Assembly: GCA_041694815.1 (NCBI GenBank)
Contig: JBGFSC010000047.1
Location: 64,001-128,000 of the forward strand
Direction: 5' to 3'
Length of the DNA stretch: 64,000 nucleotides
Source of the DNA: Elusimicrobiota bacterium
GTDB lineage: Bacteria; Elusimicrobiota; Elusimicrobia; UBA1565; JACRDR01
Shown here: positions 53,963 through 63,350 of the stretch, one piece after another
Position numbering within the stretch: the first letter of the stretch is position 1
How the letters are laid out: the number at the start of each line of letters is the position of its first letter
The notes under the pieces: generated by a model
Seen by the model: only the letters and a program-made list of their open reading frames with translations
What the model was told of the DNA's origin: nothing
Databases searched by the model: none
Program-made: the position numbers and the translations under genes

Positions 53963-54646
53963 ATGTCGCTAAAGGCGATTTTATTCGATTTTGGCGGCAC
54001 TTTGGACGCTGACGGGATCGCCTGGCCGGAACGTTTCTTTCCTTTATACCGAGAACACGGGATAACGGACTCCCGGGAGCTGTTCCTGAAGGCCTTCTAC
54101 CGCTCCGATGACGAATTACCCGGGCGCCACCGCCTACGGGGGCTGGGCCTCGAGGAGACGCTACGGCTACAGGTGCAGGGGGTGCTCGAATCGCTGGCTC
54201 CCGACCGCCTCGAATTGGGCCCTCCGCTCGCCCGCCGCTTCGCGCAGGAGTCGCGCGAGCTTTTTCGGCGCAATAGGCCTTTCCTCGAGCGATTGGCCCG
54301 AAGCCACCGGCTCGGCGTCGTCTCCAATTTCTACGGGAATCTCGATTCGGTGCTCGAAACCGAGGGGCTTTCCCATCTCTTCGGCGCGATCGCCGACTCT
54401 GTATCCCTGGGAGCCTCGAAACCAGACTCGCGCATCTTCCTCTACGCGACCGCTCGCCTTGGGGTTTCGCCCGCAGAGGCGCTCATGGTCGGCGATTCGG
54501 CGGAGCGGGACATGCGGGGAGCCGAAGCCCTCTCCATGCCGCATGCCTTCCTGCGCGCCTCGCGGCCGGCCTCCTGCTGCCCGCAGGCGAGGGTGCTCTC
54601 CAGGCTCACCGACCTGGAGGCGTCCCTGGAAGGGGTCCCCTCATGA
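53963..54646 (+). CDS. HAD-family hydrolase
   Basis: LFDFGGTLD, VVSN, KPD..IF, MVGDS..RD. TAAAAT lies 6 nt upstream of the ATG. Confidence 0.88.
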   Translation: MSLKAILFDFGGTLDADGIAWPERFFPLYREHGITDSRELFLKAFYRSDDELPGRHRLRGLGLEETLRLQVQGVLESLAPDRLELGPPLARRFAQESRELFRRNRPFLERLARSHRLGVVSNFYGNLDSVLETEGLSHLFGAIADSVSLGASKPDSRIFLYATARLGVSPAEALMVGDSAERDMRGAEALSMPHAFLRASRPASCCPQARVLSRLTDLEASLEGVPS

Positions 54647-55338
54647 TCCGCCGCGCCGGCATCATCGCCGCCGGCCACGGCGAGCGGCTGAGCGCGCGCA
54701 CGAACGCCCCCAAGCCGCTCGTGCCAGTGGCGGGCCGCCCCCTCGCCTACTGGACGGTCGCGTCCTTGCGTGAGGCGGGCGTCGAGTCGATCACGATGCT
54801 GCTCAATTCCCGCGGAGAGCCGGTGCGGCGCTTCCTCGAGGAGGCGTTTCCGTCAATGGCATGGAGCTTCATCTCCCAAGACACCGCCTCTTCCTGGGAG
54901 AGCTTCCGGCTCGTTTCCCGCCGCATGGCCGCGGACTCCGACCTCTTCTTGATAAGCACCGTGGACGCGCTCCTCGCGCCCGAGGATCCCTCGCGCTTTT
55001 CGGCGGCCGTGCCGCCTGGTGCCGAGGGCGCCGTGGCCCTAACCGAATTCGTCGATGACGAGAAGCCCCTGTGGGCCTCGGTCGGCGAGGACGGATGGAT
55101 CCGCGCGCTGGGCCCCGACGCCCGCGGCTCGGGCCTGGTGACCGCCGGCCTCTACGCGCTTTCCGCTGCCGCCGCCCTTACCACGGAAGGCCTCGAGTTC
55201 GCCCGCTTGCGCGATTACTGGGCCTACTTGGCGCGGCGCGGCCGTCTCGCCGGCATCCGCGTCGGCAAGGCCGTCGACGTCGACCGGCCGGAGGACATCG
55301 AGGTCGCTGAGCGGTTCCTGCTGGAGCGGCGCCCATGA
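54643..55338 (+). CDS. NTP-transferase (nucleotidyl/cytidylyltransferase)
   Basis: GIIAAGHGERL...PKPLVPVAG, STVD, DVD.PEDI. Confidence 0.85.
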   Translation: MIRRAGIIAAGHGERLSARTNAPKPLVPVAGRPLAYWTVASLREAGVESITMLLNSRGEPVRRFLEEAFPSMAWSFISQDTASSWESFRLVSRRMAADSDLFLISTVDALLAPEDPSRFSAAVPPGAEGAVALTEFVDDEKPLWASVGEDGWIRALGPDARGSGLVTAGLYALSAAAALTTEGLEFARLRDYWAYLARRGRLAGIRVGKAVDVDRPEDIEVAERFLLERRP

Positions 55339-56168
55339 TCCGCTGCCTCGGGGTGCTCCGCGAGCCCGAAAATTCACCCCAGAGGGTCGGCGACGACGCG
55401 CTGGTCCTGCGCAAGGTGCTCGAGCAGCTCGAGCTGTTGGGCGTCTCCACGCGCCTGGCGACGCCGGAGGAGTTTGACCGGACGGACATCACCGAATGGG
55501 ACGTGCTGCTGCCCATGTGCGAGGCCTACCCACGCCTCAAACGGCTTAAGGCCGCGGCGGCGTCCTGGAAGGGACGCATGATCAATCGGGCCGAGGCGGC
55601 GCTCAATTGCTACCGCACCTCGATGGCTCCGCTGTTGGCCTCCTGCCCGGGCGTGCGCTTCCCGCCCAGCGAGCTGTACGCCGTCTCGGAGGCGGAGGGC
55701 GCCGGAGGCGACTTCCCGCATGGGGGCCGCTGGGTCAAGCGCGGCGACGTGCACAACACCTGTGAGCGCGACGTGGTCTTCGCACGCACCGGCAAGGAGT
55801 TACGCGCCGTCCTCGAGGACTTCTCGATCCGCGAGATTACCCATTACCTTCTGCAGTCGCATGTCGAGGGCGAGCTGATCAAATTCTACGGGGTTGGCCC
55901 GGGCCGCTGGTTCACCTGGTTCTACCACGAGCCTTCGATGGTCCAAGGACACGAATTCTCCATTGACGAGCTGGCGCAAGCCGCGGCCGCCGCCGCGCGG
56001 AGGCTGGGCCTGGAGGTATTCGGTGGGGACGCCATCGTCGGAGAGGACGGCTCCGTGTCCCTCATTGACATCAATTCGTGGCCCAGCTTCGCGCGCGTGC
56101 GCTCGGAAGCCGCCGTGCAGATCGCCTGGCACGTGCATTCAAGCCTGCGGTGCAAGCTGACGTTATGA
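55335..56168 (+). CDS. ATP-grasp-fold protein
   Basis: IN......CYR, WVKRGD, Q.HVEG..IKFYGV, GL..FGGD.IV, IDIN.WPSF. Confidence 0.7.
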   Translation: MIRCLGVLREPENSPQRVGDDALVLRKVLEQLELLGVSTRLATPEEFDRTDITEWDVLLPMCEAYPRLKRLKAAAASWKGRMINRAEAALNCYRTSMAPLLASCPGVRFPPSELYAVSEAEGAGGDFPHGGRWVKRGDVHNTCERDVVFARTGKELRAVLEDFSIREITHYLLQSHVEGELIKFYGVGPGRWFTWFYHEPSMVQGHEFSIDELAQAAAAAARRLGLEVFGGDAIVGEDGSVSLIDINSWPSFARVRSEAAVQIAWHVHSSLRCKLTL

Positions 56169-57520
56169 CCGGTAGATACAGTGGTGCCAGCCTGCGGGCT
56201 GGCACCTTAGACTCCACCCCCCCTTCCTTGTTCGACGAGGAACAGGCCCTGCTGGCCCCTGGCCTACAGAGCGTCGCGCTGCTATCCCGCATCGTGCTCG
56301 AGCGCGGCCGCGGCTCGATTCTGGAGGACGTGGACGGGAAGGAATACATCGACCTCATGGCGGGCATCGGCGTGGCCTCGATCGGCCACGCGCATCCCGA
56401 CTACGCGCGCTCCTTGTCGGAGCAGCTCGAAAAGGTGACGGTCGGCAGCTTCACGACCCGCGCTCGGCTCGCCTTCCTCAAGCGCCTCTCGCGCGTGCTA
56501 CCCGGCCGCCTGGACCGCATCCAACTCTACTCGAGCGGCGCCGAGGCCGTCGAGGCCGCGCTGCGCCTGGCCAAGAGCCATACCAAGAAGTTCGAGTTCG
56601 TAGGCTTCTGGGGAGGATTTCACGGCAAGACCGGAGGCGTGCTCGGCCTTCTCGGCGACGAGTTCAAGCGGGATTTGGGGCCTCTCATGCCCGGACTCTA
56701 CCTGAGTCCCTACCCAAACCCCTTCCGCTGCCCGCTCGGCGCGCGCGAAGAGCATGATTGCGCGGCCCATTGCCTCGACTTTCTTAGGCAGATGATACGC
56801 CGGGCCACTACCGGATCCGTCGCGGCCATCCTCGCGGAACCGATCCAGGGCACCGCCGGAAACGTGCTGCCGCCCCGGGGATTCCTGAAGGGGTTGCGTC
56901 AGATTGCCGACGAATGCGGAGCGCTCTGGATCTCCGACGAGATGATCACGGGCTTCGGTCGCACGGGGCGTTGGTTCGGCTTTGAGCACGAGGACGCCAC
57001 GCCCGACATCCTAACCGTGGGCAAGGGGATGGGCGGAGGATTCCCCGTAAGCGGCGTGATCGCGCCTTCAGCGATCGCCTCGGCCAAGCCCTTCGCCAAC
57101 CCTAGCGGCTCCTCATCGAGCTACGGCGGCAATCCCCTCGCGGCCGCGGCCTGCGAGACGACGCTGCGCATCATCGAGGAGGAGCGACTGGTTGAAGCGG
57201 CCCGGCGCACCGGCGAGGCGCTGCTCGAGCGACTGCGCTCCCTACAGGAAAAATTCACCTTCGTGGGGGACGTGCGCGGGCGCGGCCTGCTCATCGCCGT
57301 CGAGCTCGTCGCCGATCGCAAGAGCAAGGAGCCTCTGCCCAAGCCCGTTTGCCGCGCCCTCTTCGAGGAAGGCCTGCGGCGGGGGCTGCTCGCCATGAGC
57401 TACTTGCCCGCGATCCGCATCAATCCCCCGCTCAATATCCCGCTGGACGTGGCGCTCGAAGGCGTCGAACGCTTGGAGGCCTCCCTATCGGCCGTGGCCA
57501 AGCGATTCAAACTATGCTGA
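56165..57520 (+). CDS. Class III PLP aminotransferase
   Basis: DVDGKEYID, GH.HP, SGAEAVE.A, FHGKT, EPIQG, DEMITGFGRTG, DILTVGKGMGGG, YGGNP. Confidence 0.9.
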   Translation: MTGRYSGASLRAGTLDSTPPSLFDEEQALLAPGLQSVALLSRIVLERGRGSILEDVDGKEYIDLMAGIGVASIGHAHPDYARSLSEQLEKVTVGSFTTRARLAFLKRLSRVLPGRLDRIQLYSSGAEAVEAALRLAKSHTKKFEFVGFWGGFHGKTGGVLGLLGDEFKRDLGPLMPGLYLSPYPNPFRCPLGAREEHDCAAHCLDFLRQMIRRATTGSVAAILAEPIQGTAGNVLPPRGFLKGLRQIADECGALWISDEMITGFGRTGRWFGFEHEDATPDILTVGKGMGGGFPVSGVIAPSAIASAKPFANPSGSSSSYGGNPLAAAACETTLRIIEEERLVEAARRTGEALLERLRSLQEKFTFVGDVRGRGLLIAVELVADRKSKEPLPKPVCRALFEEGLRRGLLAMSYLPAIRINPPLNIPLDVALEGVERLEASLSAVAKRFKLC

Positions 57521-58548
57521 AGGTCGCTCTCGTCGGCTTCGGCCAGGTGGCCGAAAAAGCGCACGTTCCCGCCTGGAAGGAAAGCAAGGATTTTTCGGTC
57601 GTCGCCGTGGCCGACGAGAGGGCCGAGCGCCTGGCCTTGGCCCGGGAGTATTTCCCGGGAGTGCGCCCCTACCCGTCGATGGAAACCCTACTGCGCGCGG
57701 AAAGCCATATCGACCTCGTCGACATCGCCACGCCTCCCTTCCTGCACGCCAAGCAGTGCGTGCTTGCCCTGCAACATCGCTGCCACGTGCTCTGCGAAAA
57801 GCCCCTGGCCCTGGCCATGCAGGATTTCGAGAGCATCCGGGCCCAGGCCCAGGCGCAAAACCGCATGGTGTTCACGGCGCACAATTGGAAGTACTCCCCG
57901 CTCTACCTGCAGGCCGCCCAACTGCTACGCGCGAAGGCGATCGGCGCGCTCACGCACGTCGAGCTGCATACGCTGCGCTCGCAACCCGCTCCCGGGGTGG
58001 GCTCGTGGCGCTTGGACCGGATCGCCTCGGGGGGCGGCATACTCGTCGACCACGGATGGCATAACTTCTACCTCCTGCATACGCTGCTCGAGCAGGAGCC
58101 GCGGACGATCTCGGCCCGGCTGCAAATCCCCCGCTACGGAGGCGTGGAGGAGGAGGCCACCTGCTTCATCGAATACCCGCAGGTATCCGCCCTGCTGTAC
58201 TTGACCTGGCGCTCGCCCTACCGATCCAACTGGGGCATCTTCTACGGTCAGCAGGGGAGCCTCGAGATGCGCGACGATCTGCTCCTGCTCACCCGCGGCG
58301 AAGGGGAGACCCAGCGCTTCGAGTTCGCTCAGAAACTCTCGCAGGGATCCGCCCATCCCGACTGGTTTCAGACGATGCTCGAGGACGTCAGGTCCGAGAT
58401 CCAAAAGCCCAAGCTGCGGCGTAACCTCCGCGAGGCCGGCGTCTGCCTGGCCATGCTTTCCCACGTGTACCAGTCGCATCGCCTCGGGGGCAAATCGGTG
58501 GCCCTGCCCCTTTCGGGGCTTCCCCGAAGCGAAACCATCGGGACATGA
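57514..58548 (+). CDS. Gfo/Idh/MocA-family oxidoreductase
   Basis: ALVGFG, HVLCEKP, SGGGILVDHGWH. Confidence 0.88.
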   Translation: MLKVALVGFGQVAEKAHVPAWKESKDFSVVAVADERAERLALAREYFPGVRPYPSMETLLRAESHIDLVDIATPPFLHAKQCVLALQHRCHVLCEKPLALAMQDFESIRAQAQAQNRMVFTAHNWKYSPLYLQAAQLLRAKAIGALTHVELHTLRSQPAPGVGSWRLDRIASGGGILVDHGWHNFYLLHTLLEQEPRTISARLQIPRYGGVEEEATCFIEYPQVSALLYLTWRSPYRSNWGIFYGQQGSLEMRDDLLLLTRGEGETQRFEFAQKLSQGSAHPDWFQTMLEDVRSEIQKPKLRRNLREAGVCLAMLSHVYQSHRLGGKSVALPLSGLPRSETIGT

Positions 58549-59756
58549 GCGTCCAGGACGTCATCCTGTGGACCGGCCGCCCGGAGCTGATGCTCGAACC
58601 CTTGGCCGGATTGAGCCTGCTCGAGCGGCAGCTGTTCGTCTTGGGACGCGCCGGGGCCCGGCGCGTCTGGATCGCTTCCGACCAGCCGCTCCCGCCCGCG
58701 GGCTTGCGCGCCCCAGAGGGCCTGCGGGTCGACTGGGTCCGCCGCGACGGCGACCACCCTCTGCAATGCCGGGTCCCTTACGCGGTTTGCTCCGGCGATT
58801 ATTTGTTCCGCCCGGAGGCGCTACGCGCCCTGTGGGCCGCCCCCCCGCCCGGTCCCGTCTCTTACCGGGACGATGAGGGCCGGGGCGTGCTGCAGATCGT
58901 GACCCGCCGCGGTCCTCGCGTACTGCATTTCGAGCGCCGCCCGATGACGCGCGGCTCCTACGCCCGGGTCGACTCCGCTCCCGCGCGGGCCGCGGCCCTG
59001 CGCTGGCTATGCGACGGCGTGCGTAAGGAACAGGACGGCTTCATGGCTCGGCATTTTGACCGGCGCCTTTCGCTGGCGGTCACACGCCGGCTGTTGCCCT
59101 GGCCGGTCAGCCCGAATTATATGACGGCGGTCAGCGCGTTCATCGGCGTCGCCGCCTGCACGCAATTTCTCTTTCCGGACCGCCTGCACGCGGCCGCGGG
59201 GGCGGCGGGCGTCTGGCTTTCCTCGGTGCTCGACGGCTGCGATGGAGAGATCGCACGGCTCAAATACCAGGAGAGCGATTGGGGCGGTATGCTGGATTTC
59301 TGGGGCGACAATTGCGTGCACGTGGCGCTATTTTTGTGCCTGGGCTTCGGGATCGGCAGCAGCCAGCCGGGCGTTCCGGGCCCCACCTTGGGCGCCGTGG
59401 CGGCCGGCGCGGCCCTGGCCTCGGCTTTGCTGAGCTTCCGGCACAGCCGGCTTAAGCGGGGTTCGGGGGATGCCGGCCCTTGGTTCACCGGCCTGCGCGT
59501 GCTGCCCGAAGGCGCCTCGGGGGCCGCCCGTTGGCTTGAACGGCTCGAGGACTCGCTGACCCAGAGGGATTTCATTTATTTGCTGCTCGCGGCTGCCGTT
59601 TTTCAGAAACTCACCTGGTTCCTTTGGGCCAGCGCCCTGGGGGCGCCCGTTTTCCTGCTGATCCTGCTGTTCCTGCAATGGAAGGCCAGCCCTACGCGCA
59701 CGCGCATCCACGCGCGCGCGTACGGGAGTCCCGTTGCCCGCCCGGGACATATTTAA
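58545..59756 (+). CDS. CDP-alcohol phosphotransferase with degenerate N-terminal NTP-transferase-like domain
   Basis: SPN..T, then LDGCDGEIAR...S.WG..LD..GD (DGxxAR...GxxxDxxxD). N-terminal LAGLSLLERQL..L.RAG lacks the Gly-rich nucleotide loop. Confidence 0.85.
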   Translation: MSVQDVILWTGRPELMLEPLAGLSLLERQLFVLGRAGARRVWIASDQPLPPAGLRAPEGLRVDWVRRDGDHPLQCRVPYAVCSGDYLFRPEALRALWAAPPPGPVSYRDDEGRGVLQIVTRRGPRVLHFERRPMTRGSYARVDSAPARAAALRWLCDGVRKEQDGFMARHFDRRLSLAVTRRLLPWPVSPNYMTAVSAFIGVAACTQFLFPDRLHAAAGAAGVWLSSVLDGCDGEIARLKYQESDWGGMLDFWGDNCVHVALFLCLGFGIGSSQPGVPGPTLGAVAAGAALASALLSFRHSRLKRGSGDAGPWFTGLRVLPEGASGAARWLERLEDSLTQRDFIYLLLAAAVFQKLTWFLWASALGAPVFLLILLFLQWKASPTRTRIHARAYGSPVARPGHI

Positions 59757-59773
59757 TATACTTTGACTTCGAC

Positions 59774-62491
59774 GTGACAGCGCTGGCACTTCTCGCTTGG
59801 TTCCTCGTTTCTCCATGCCGCGCCTCCTCGAACTCCTCGGAACCGCCGCAGGCCTCCACGGCGGTCCCCAAGGGCGAGCGCGTCCTGGCCCAGATCCGGA
59901 TCCTGGGCCTTCAGCGGATCGATGAAACGAATGTCAGAGCCAAGCTTCGGGCGCGCGAATGGGCCCCGTATTCCGAGCAGGACCGGGCCTTGGATGTCGC
60001 GACCCTGCTGGCCTCGGGGGATTTCAGCTCGGTGAACGCGCGCGAGGTCCAAGTCTCCAGCACGGCCTTCCGGCTCGACATCGAGCTGGTGGAAGCCAGC
60101 CCGGTCGTAGCGGTCGAGGCCTCCACGGAGCCGTCGCTTTCGACCAACACGACCCAGGTCCTGGCACCCCCGCCCCCCGCCCCGATCCGCTGGACGCCCC
60201 GCCCCTCGCGGCGGGCGATAGTCTCCGGAGGAGCCCCGAATCCGCCATGGGTCATCGGCGATCTCGCCATTACGGGCAATCGGCACGTGAAATACAATGT
60301 CATCCGCAGCCAGCTCCAAGTCCGGCGCGGCGAGCTCTACGAAAGGTCCGACCTCGATAAGGACATCCAGACGCTGCTGGGCATGGGAAATTTCGAACGG
60401 GTCGCCGCCGATGTCGTCGGGCTACCAGACCCCGTCCCGACGCAGATGCTCGACGCCTCGGGCTCGACGACCACCGTCAAGATCACCTTCCTCGTCGAGG
60501 AGAAGCCGGTCGTGCGCAAGATCCGTTTCGAGGGCTACAAGAAGCTCTCCAAGGGCAAGCTCTCGGACGCCATTACCCTCAAGGAAAAGGACCCTCTCGA
60601 CCGGGTCAAGCTGCGCGACGACGAGGAGAAGATCCTCGAGACCTACCGCAAGAAGGGCTACGTCAACGCCTCGGTGGACGCCCGTGTCGCGCTCGATACG
60701 ACGTCGGCCATGGCCGACGTCACTTATGCCGTCCAAGAAGGGTCCAGGACCGTGATCGGCTCCGTGGAGATCGAGGGTGTGCGGGCCTTCAAGGTCAAGA
60801 AGATCCTCAAGCAGATGAAAAATCGCCGCAAGAAGATATTTGACGAAAAGGAGTTCGCCGAGGACCACAAGAAGATCGAGACCTTCTACAAAAACCGCGG
60901 CTACGTCGATTTCGAGATCATCTCCTCAAGCATTTCCTACAACGAGGATCGGACTCGGATCGCCATCCGCCTCGCGGTCAATGAGGGACACCAGCACCGC
61001 TTCGGCCAGACTCGATTCAAGGGGCATTCGGTCTACGCAGAAAAGGAGTTGCGCAAGCAGGTGGCCTATAAGCGCGGGCGGATATTCAATCAGGAGAAGC
61101 TCGAGCTCACCATCCGCGATATCCAGGACCTCTACGCGGAGAAGGGCCGGCTGCGCACGCGCGTGACGCCCGAGAGGGCCTACAACGAGGCAACCGGGCA
61201 GATGGACCTGGTCTTTCACCTCCTTGAAGGCAGCGTGGTTTACGTGGACCACGTCGACATCGAAGGCAACAAGGCGACCAAGACCCACGTGCTCCGGCGC
61301 GAGATCATCGTCAAGGAGGGCGAGCCCTTTGCCGCCTCGCGCATCCGCAAGAGCCAGGAAAAGATCATGAACCTGGGCTTCATCGACGACGTCCAGCTCG
61401 ACATCCAGAGCCCGGTTGACCCGGATCGGGCGGATTTGACCTTCGAGGTTCTCGAGGGCAAGCCCGGGATGCTCACCATGGGGGCGGGTTTCTCCTCACT
61501 CGACGGGCTCATCGGCACGTTGTCGCTGCAGCACATGAATCTCTTAGGCCGCGCGCAGCGGGCCTCGGTCCAGTGGCAGTTCGGAGCCAGGGTGCAGGAC
61601 TACTCCCTCTCCTGGACGACGCCCTGGATCGCGAGCAAGCCCTGGAGCCTGGGATTCGACCTCTTCAACACGAGGCGCCTGCGCCCCCTGCAATCCTCCT
61701 TCCAGGGCTACGTCGACAAGCGCCTGGGAGGCACGGTCCGGCTGGGCCCCCGCTTTCAAAACGACAAGTACCTGCTGGGATTCAGTTACACCTTCATGAA
61801 GGTCAGCGTCACCAACGTGGAAAGCCAATTCATCGGGCAGCTGCCGGAAGGCACTAGCATCCACTCCTCCGTCGGAGTGGACCTGGCGCGCGACACGCGC
61901 GACAACATCTGGGACCCGACACGGGGCACGCGTCATTCGATCGGATTCACGCTGGCCGGCGGCCCCATCTTCAACGGGGACATCCATTTCTTTAGCCCCA
62001 CGATCTCCAACGCCGCCCATTTCCACCTCTTCTCCATCGAGGACTATCCCTTTGTCCTGAGCCTCTCCAACCGCGCCGCCTACATCACGCCGTTCGGGGA
62101 GACGAAGGAAGTGCCGGTGTTCAACCGCTTCTTCCTCGGCGGGCCGGACACGCTGCGGGGATACGCCCCGACGGGCGAGGTCGGCGTGCCGACCGGCGGG
62201 AAGGTGTACGACGTCGCCAACGTCGAGTTTGGTTTCCCCATCGCGCGCGAACACCGCAAATCGATCGTCAAGCTCGTGACCTTCTTCGACGCGGGCACAG
62301 CTTGGGAGAACCTACGTTCGGTCCGCGCGCGAATCGGCACCCGGGACCAGGATATCAAGACGGACGTCGGAGTGGGCATCCGCTTCGTTACCCCCGCCTT
62401 CCCCATCCGGCTTGACTGGGGCTACGGCCTCAACCACAAGCCCGGGGAACGACCCTACCAAATCAACTTTGGAATCGGGGGCCTCTTCTAA
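59774..62491 (+). CDS. bamA: Outer-membrane protein assembly factor BamA
   Basis: POTRA repeats, barrel with F.LGG..TLRGY, C-terminal Phe, and skp-lpxD synteny. Start GTG 59774 is inferred. Confidence 0.93.
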   Translation: MTALALLAWFLVSPCRASSNSSEPPQASTAVPKGERVLAQIRILGLQRIDETNVRAKLRAREWAPYSEQDRALDVATLLASGDFSSVNAREVQVSSTAFRLDIELVEASPVVAVEASTEPSLSTNTTQVLAPPPPAPIRWTPRPSRRAIVSGGAPNPPWVIGDLAITGNRHVKYNVIRSQLQVRRGELYERSDLDKDIQTLLGMGNFERVAADVVGLPDPVPTQMLDASGSTTTVKITFLVEEKPVVRKIRFEGYKKLSKGKLSDAITLKEKDPLDRVKLRDDEEKILETYRKKGYVNASVDARVALDTTSAMADVTYAVQEGSRTVIGSVEIEGVRAFKVKKILKQMKNRRKKIFDEKEFAEDHKKIETFYKNRGYVDFEIISSSISYNEDRTRIAIRLAVNEGHQHRFGQTRFKGHSVYAEKELRKQVAYKRGRIFNQEKLELTIRDIQDLYAEKGRLRTRVTPERAYNEATGQMDLVFHLLEGSVVYVDHVDIEGNKATKTHVLRREIIVKEGEPFAASRIRKSQEKIMNLGFIDDVQLDIQSPVDPDRADLTFEVLEGKPGMLTMGAGFSSLDGLIGTLSLQHMNLLGRAQRASVQWQFGARVQDYSLSWTTPWIASKPWSLGFDLFNTRRLRPLQSSFQGYVDKRLGGTVRLGPRFQNDKYLLGFSYTFMKVSVTNVESQFIGQLPEGTSIHSSVGVDLARDTRDNIWDPTRGTRHSIGFTLAGGPIFNGDIHFFSPTISNAAHFHLFSIEDYPFVLSLSNRAAYITPFGETKEVPVFNRFFLGGPDTLRGYAPTGEVGVPTGGKVYDVANVEFGFPIAREHRKSIVKLVTFFDAGTAWENLRSVRARIGTRDQDIKTDVGVGIRFVTPAFPIRLDWGYGLNHKPGERPYQINFGIGGLF

Positions 62492-63342
62492 TGAAACCGA
62501 GCATTATGACTTTCGCCCTCCTCCTAGCATCGCCCGCCGCGGCACTGGAAGTGTCGCTCGAGGAAAATCGCGCCGAGCGGGGAAACATCGGCTATGTGGA
62601 CATGCAACGGCTCTTCCAGCTTTATCCCGAGACCCAGAAGGCCAAGCAGCACTTCGAGGAGGTGATGCGCCAAGCCGAGGAGCAGGTCAACATCCGCAAG
62701 GCGGAGCTCATCGGCCTGCGCGCGGAGCTCATCAAGCTACGGCTCGAGCGCGAGGCGGTGGCCCGGCTGCAGCCGCCCCCCGTGGAGCCGGAGCCCCCCC
62801 TGCCTCCGGCACCCGAGACCTCCGCTCCCATCCCGCCCCCGCCGGGCGAAGAGCTGCGGGTGTCGACTCCCCCGGTCGTCTCAACCTTCCCCGCGAGCGC
62901 GGCGGACGTCGAGCTTTCGACGCCGCCGGCCCTCGCCGAGGGCGCCCCGCCCGGGTTCGAGGCTCCGGCCTCCACGGAAACTACCGAGCCGCCCAGCTAC
63001 ACGCGACTGCCCGGGATGCCGGACACCCGGCCCTCCCAGCCGACTCCTTCGTCGCCGAGAAGCTCCAACCCCCTGGCCGACATCGACGCTCGCATCGCCG
63101 AGCGGACCCGCCTCCTGCAGGACAAGGAGAACGAGTTCAAGACCTACCAAGCCCAGGTGGAAAAGAACCTGCTCGACCTCGAAAGCCGCAAGACCGAGAT
63201 CCTGTTGGGCAAGATCTACACCGCGGTGCAGGAGTCGGCCAAGGAGGCCGGCGTCAGCGTGGTGGTCGACAAGTCCCAAATCCTTTTCGGCCACAACGCG
63301 ATGGACCTGACAGAACGAGTGCTCAAGAAACTAAAGTCATAG
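62491..63342 (+). CDS. skp: Skp/OmpH periplasmic chaperone with Pro-rich insertion
   Basis: IGYVDMQRLF, coiled coils, A...G...V.DK..IL.G....DLT..VL..L; located between bamA and lpxD. Confidence 0.82.
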   Translation: MKPSIMTFALLLASPAAALEVSLEENRAERGNIGYVDMQRLFQLYPETQKAKQHFEEVMRQAEEQVNIRKAELIGLRAELIKLRLEREAVARLQPPPVEPEPPLPPAPETSAPIPPPPGEELRVSTPPVVSTFPASAADVELSTPPALAEGAPPGFEAPASTETTEPPSYTRLPGMPDTRPSQPTPSSPRSSNPLADIDARIAERTRLLQDKENEFKTYQAQVEKNLLDLESRKTEILLGKIYTAVQESAKEAGVSVVVDKSQILFGHNAMDLTERVLKKLKS

Positions 63343-63350
63343 GTGGAACC

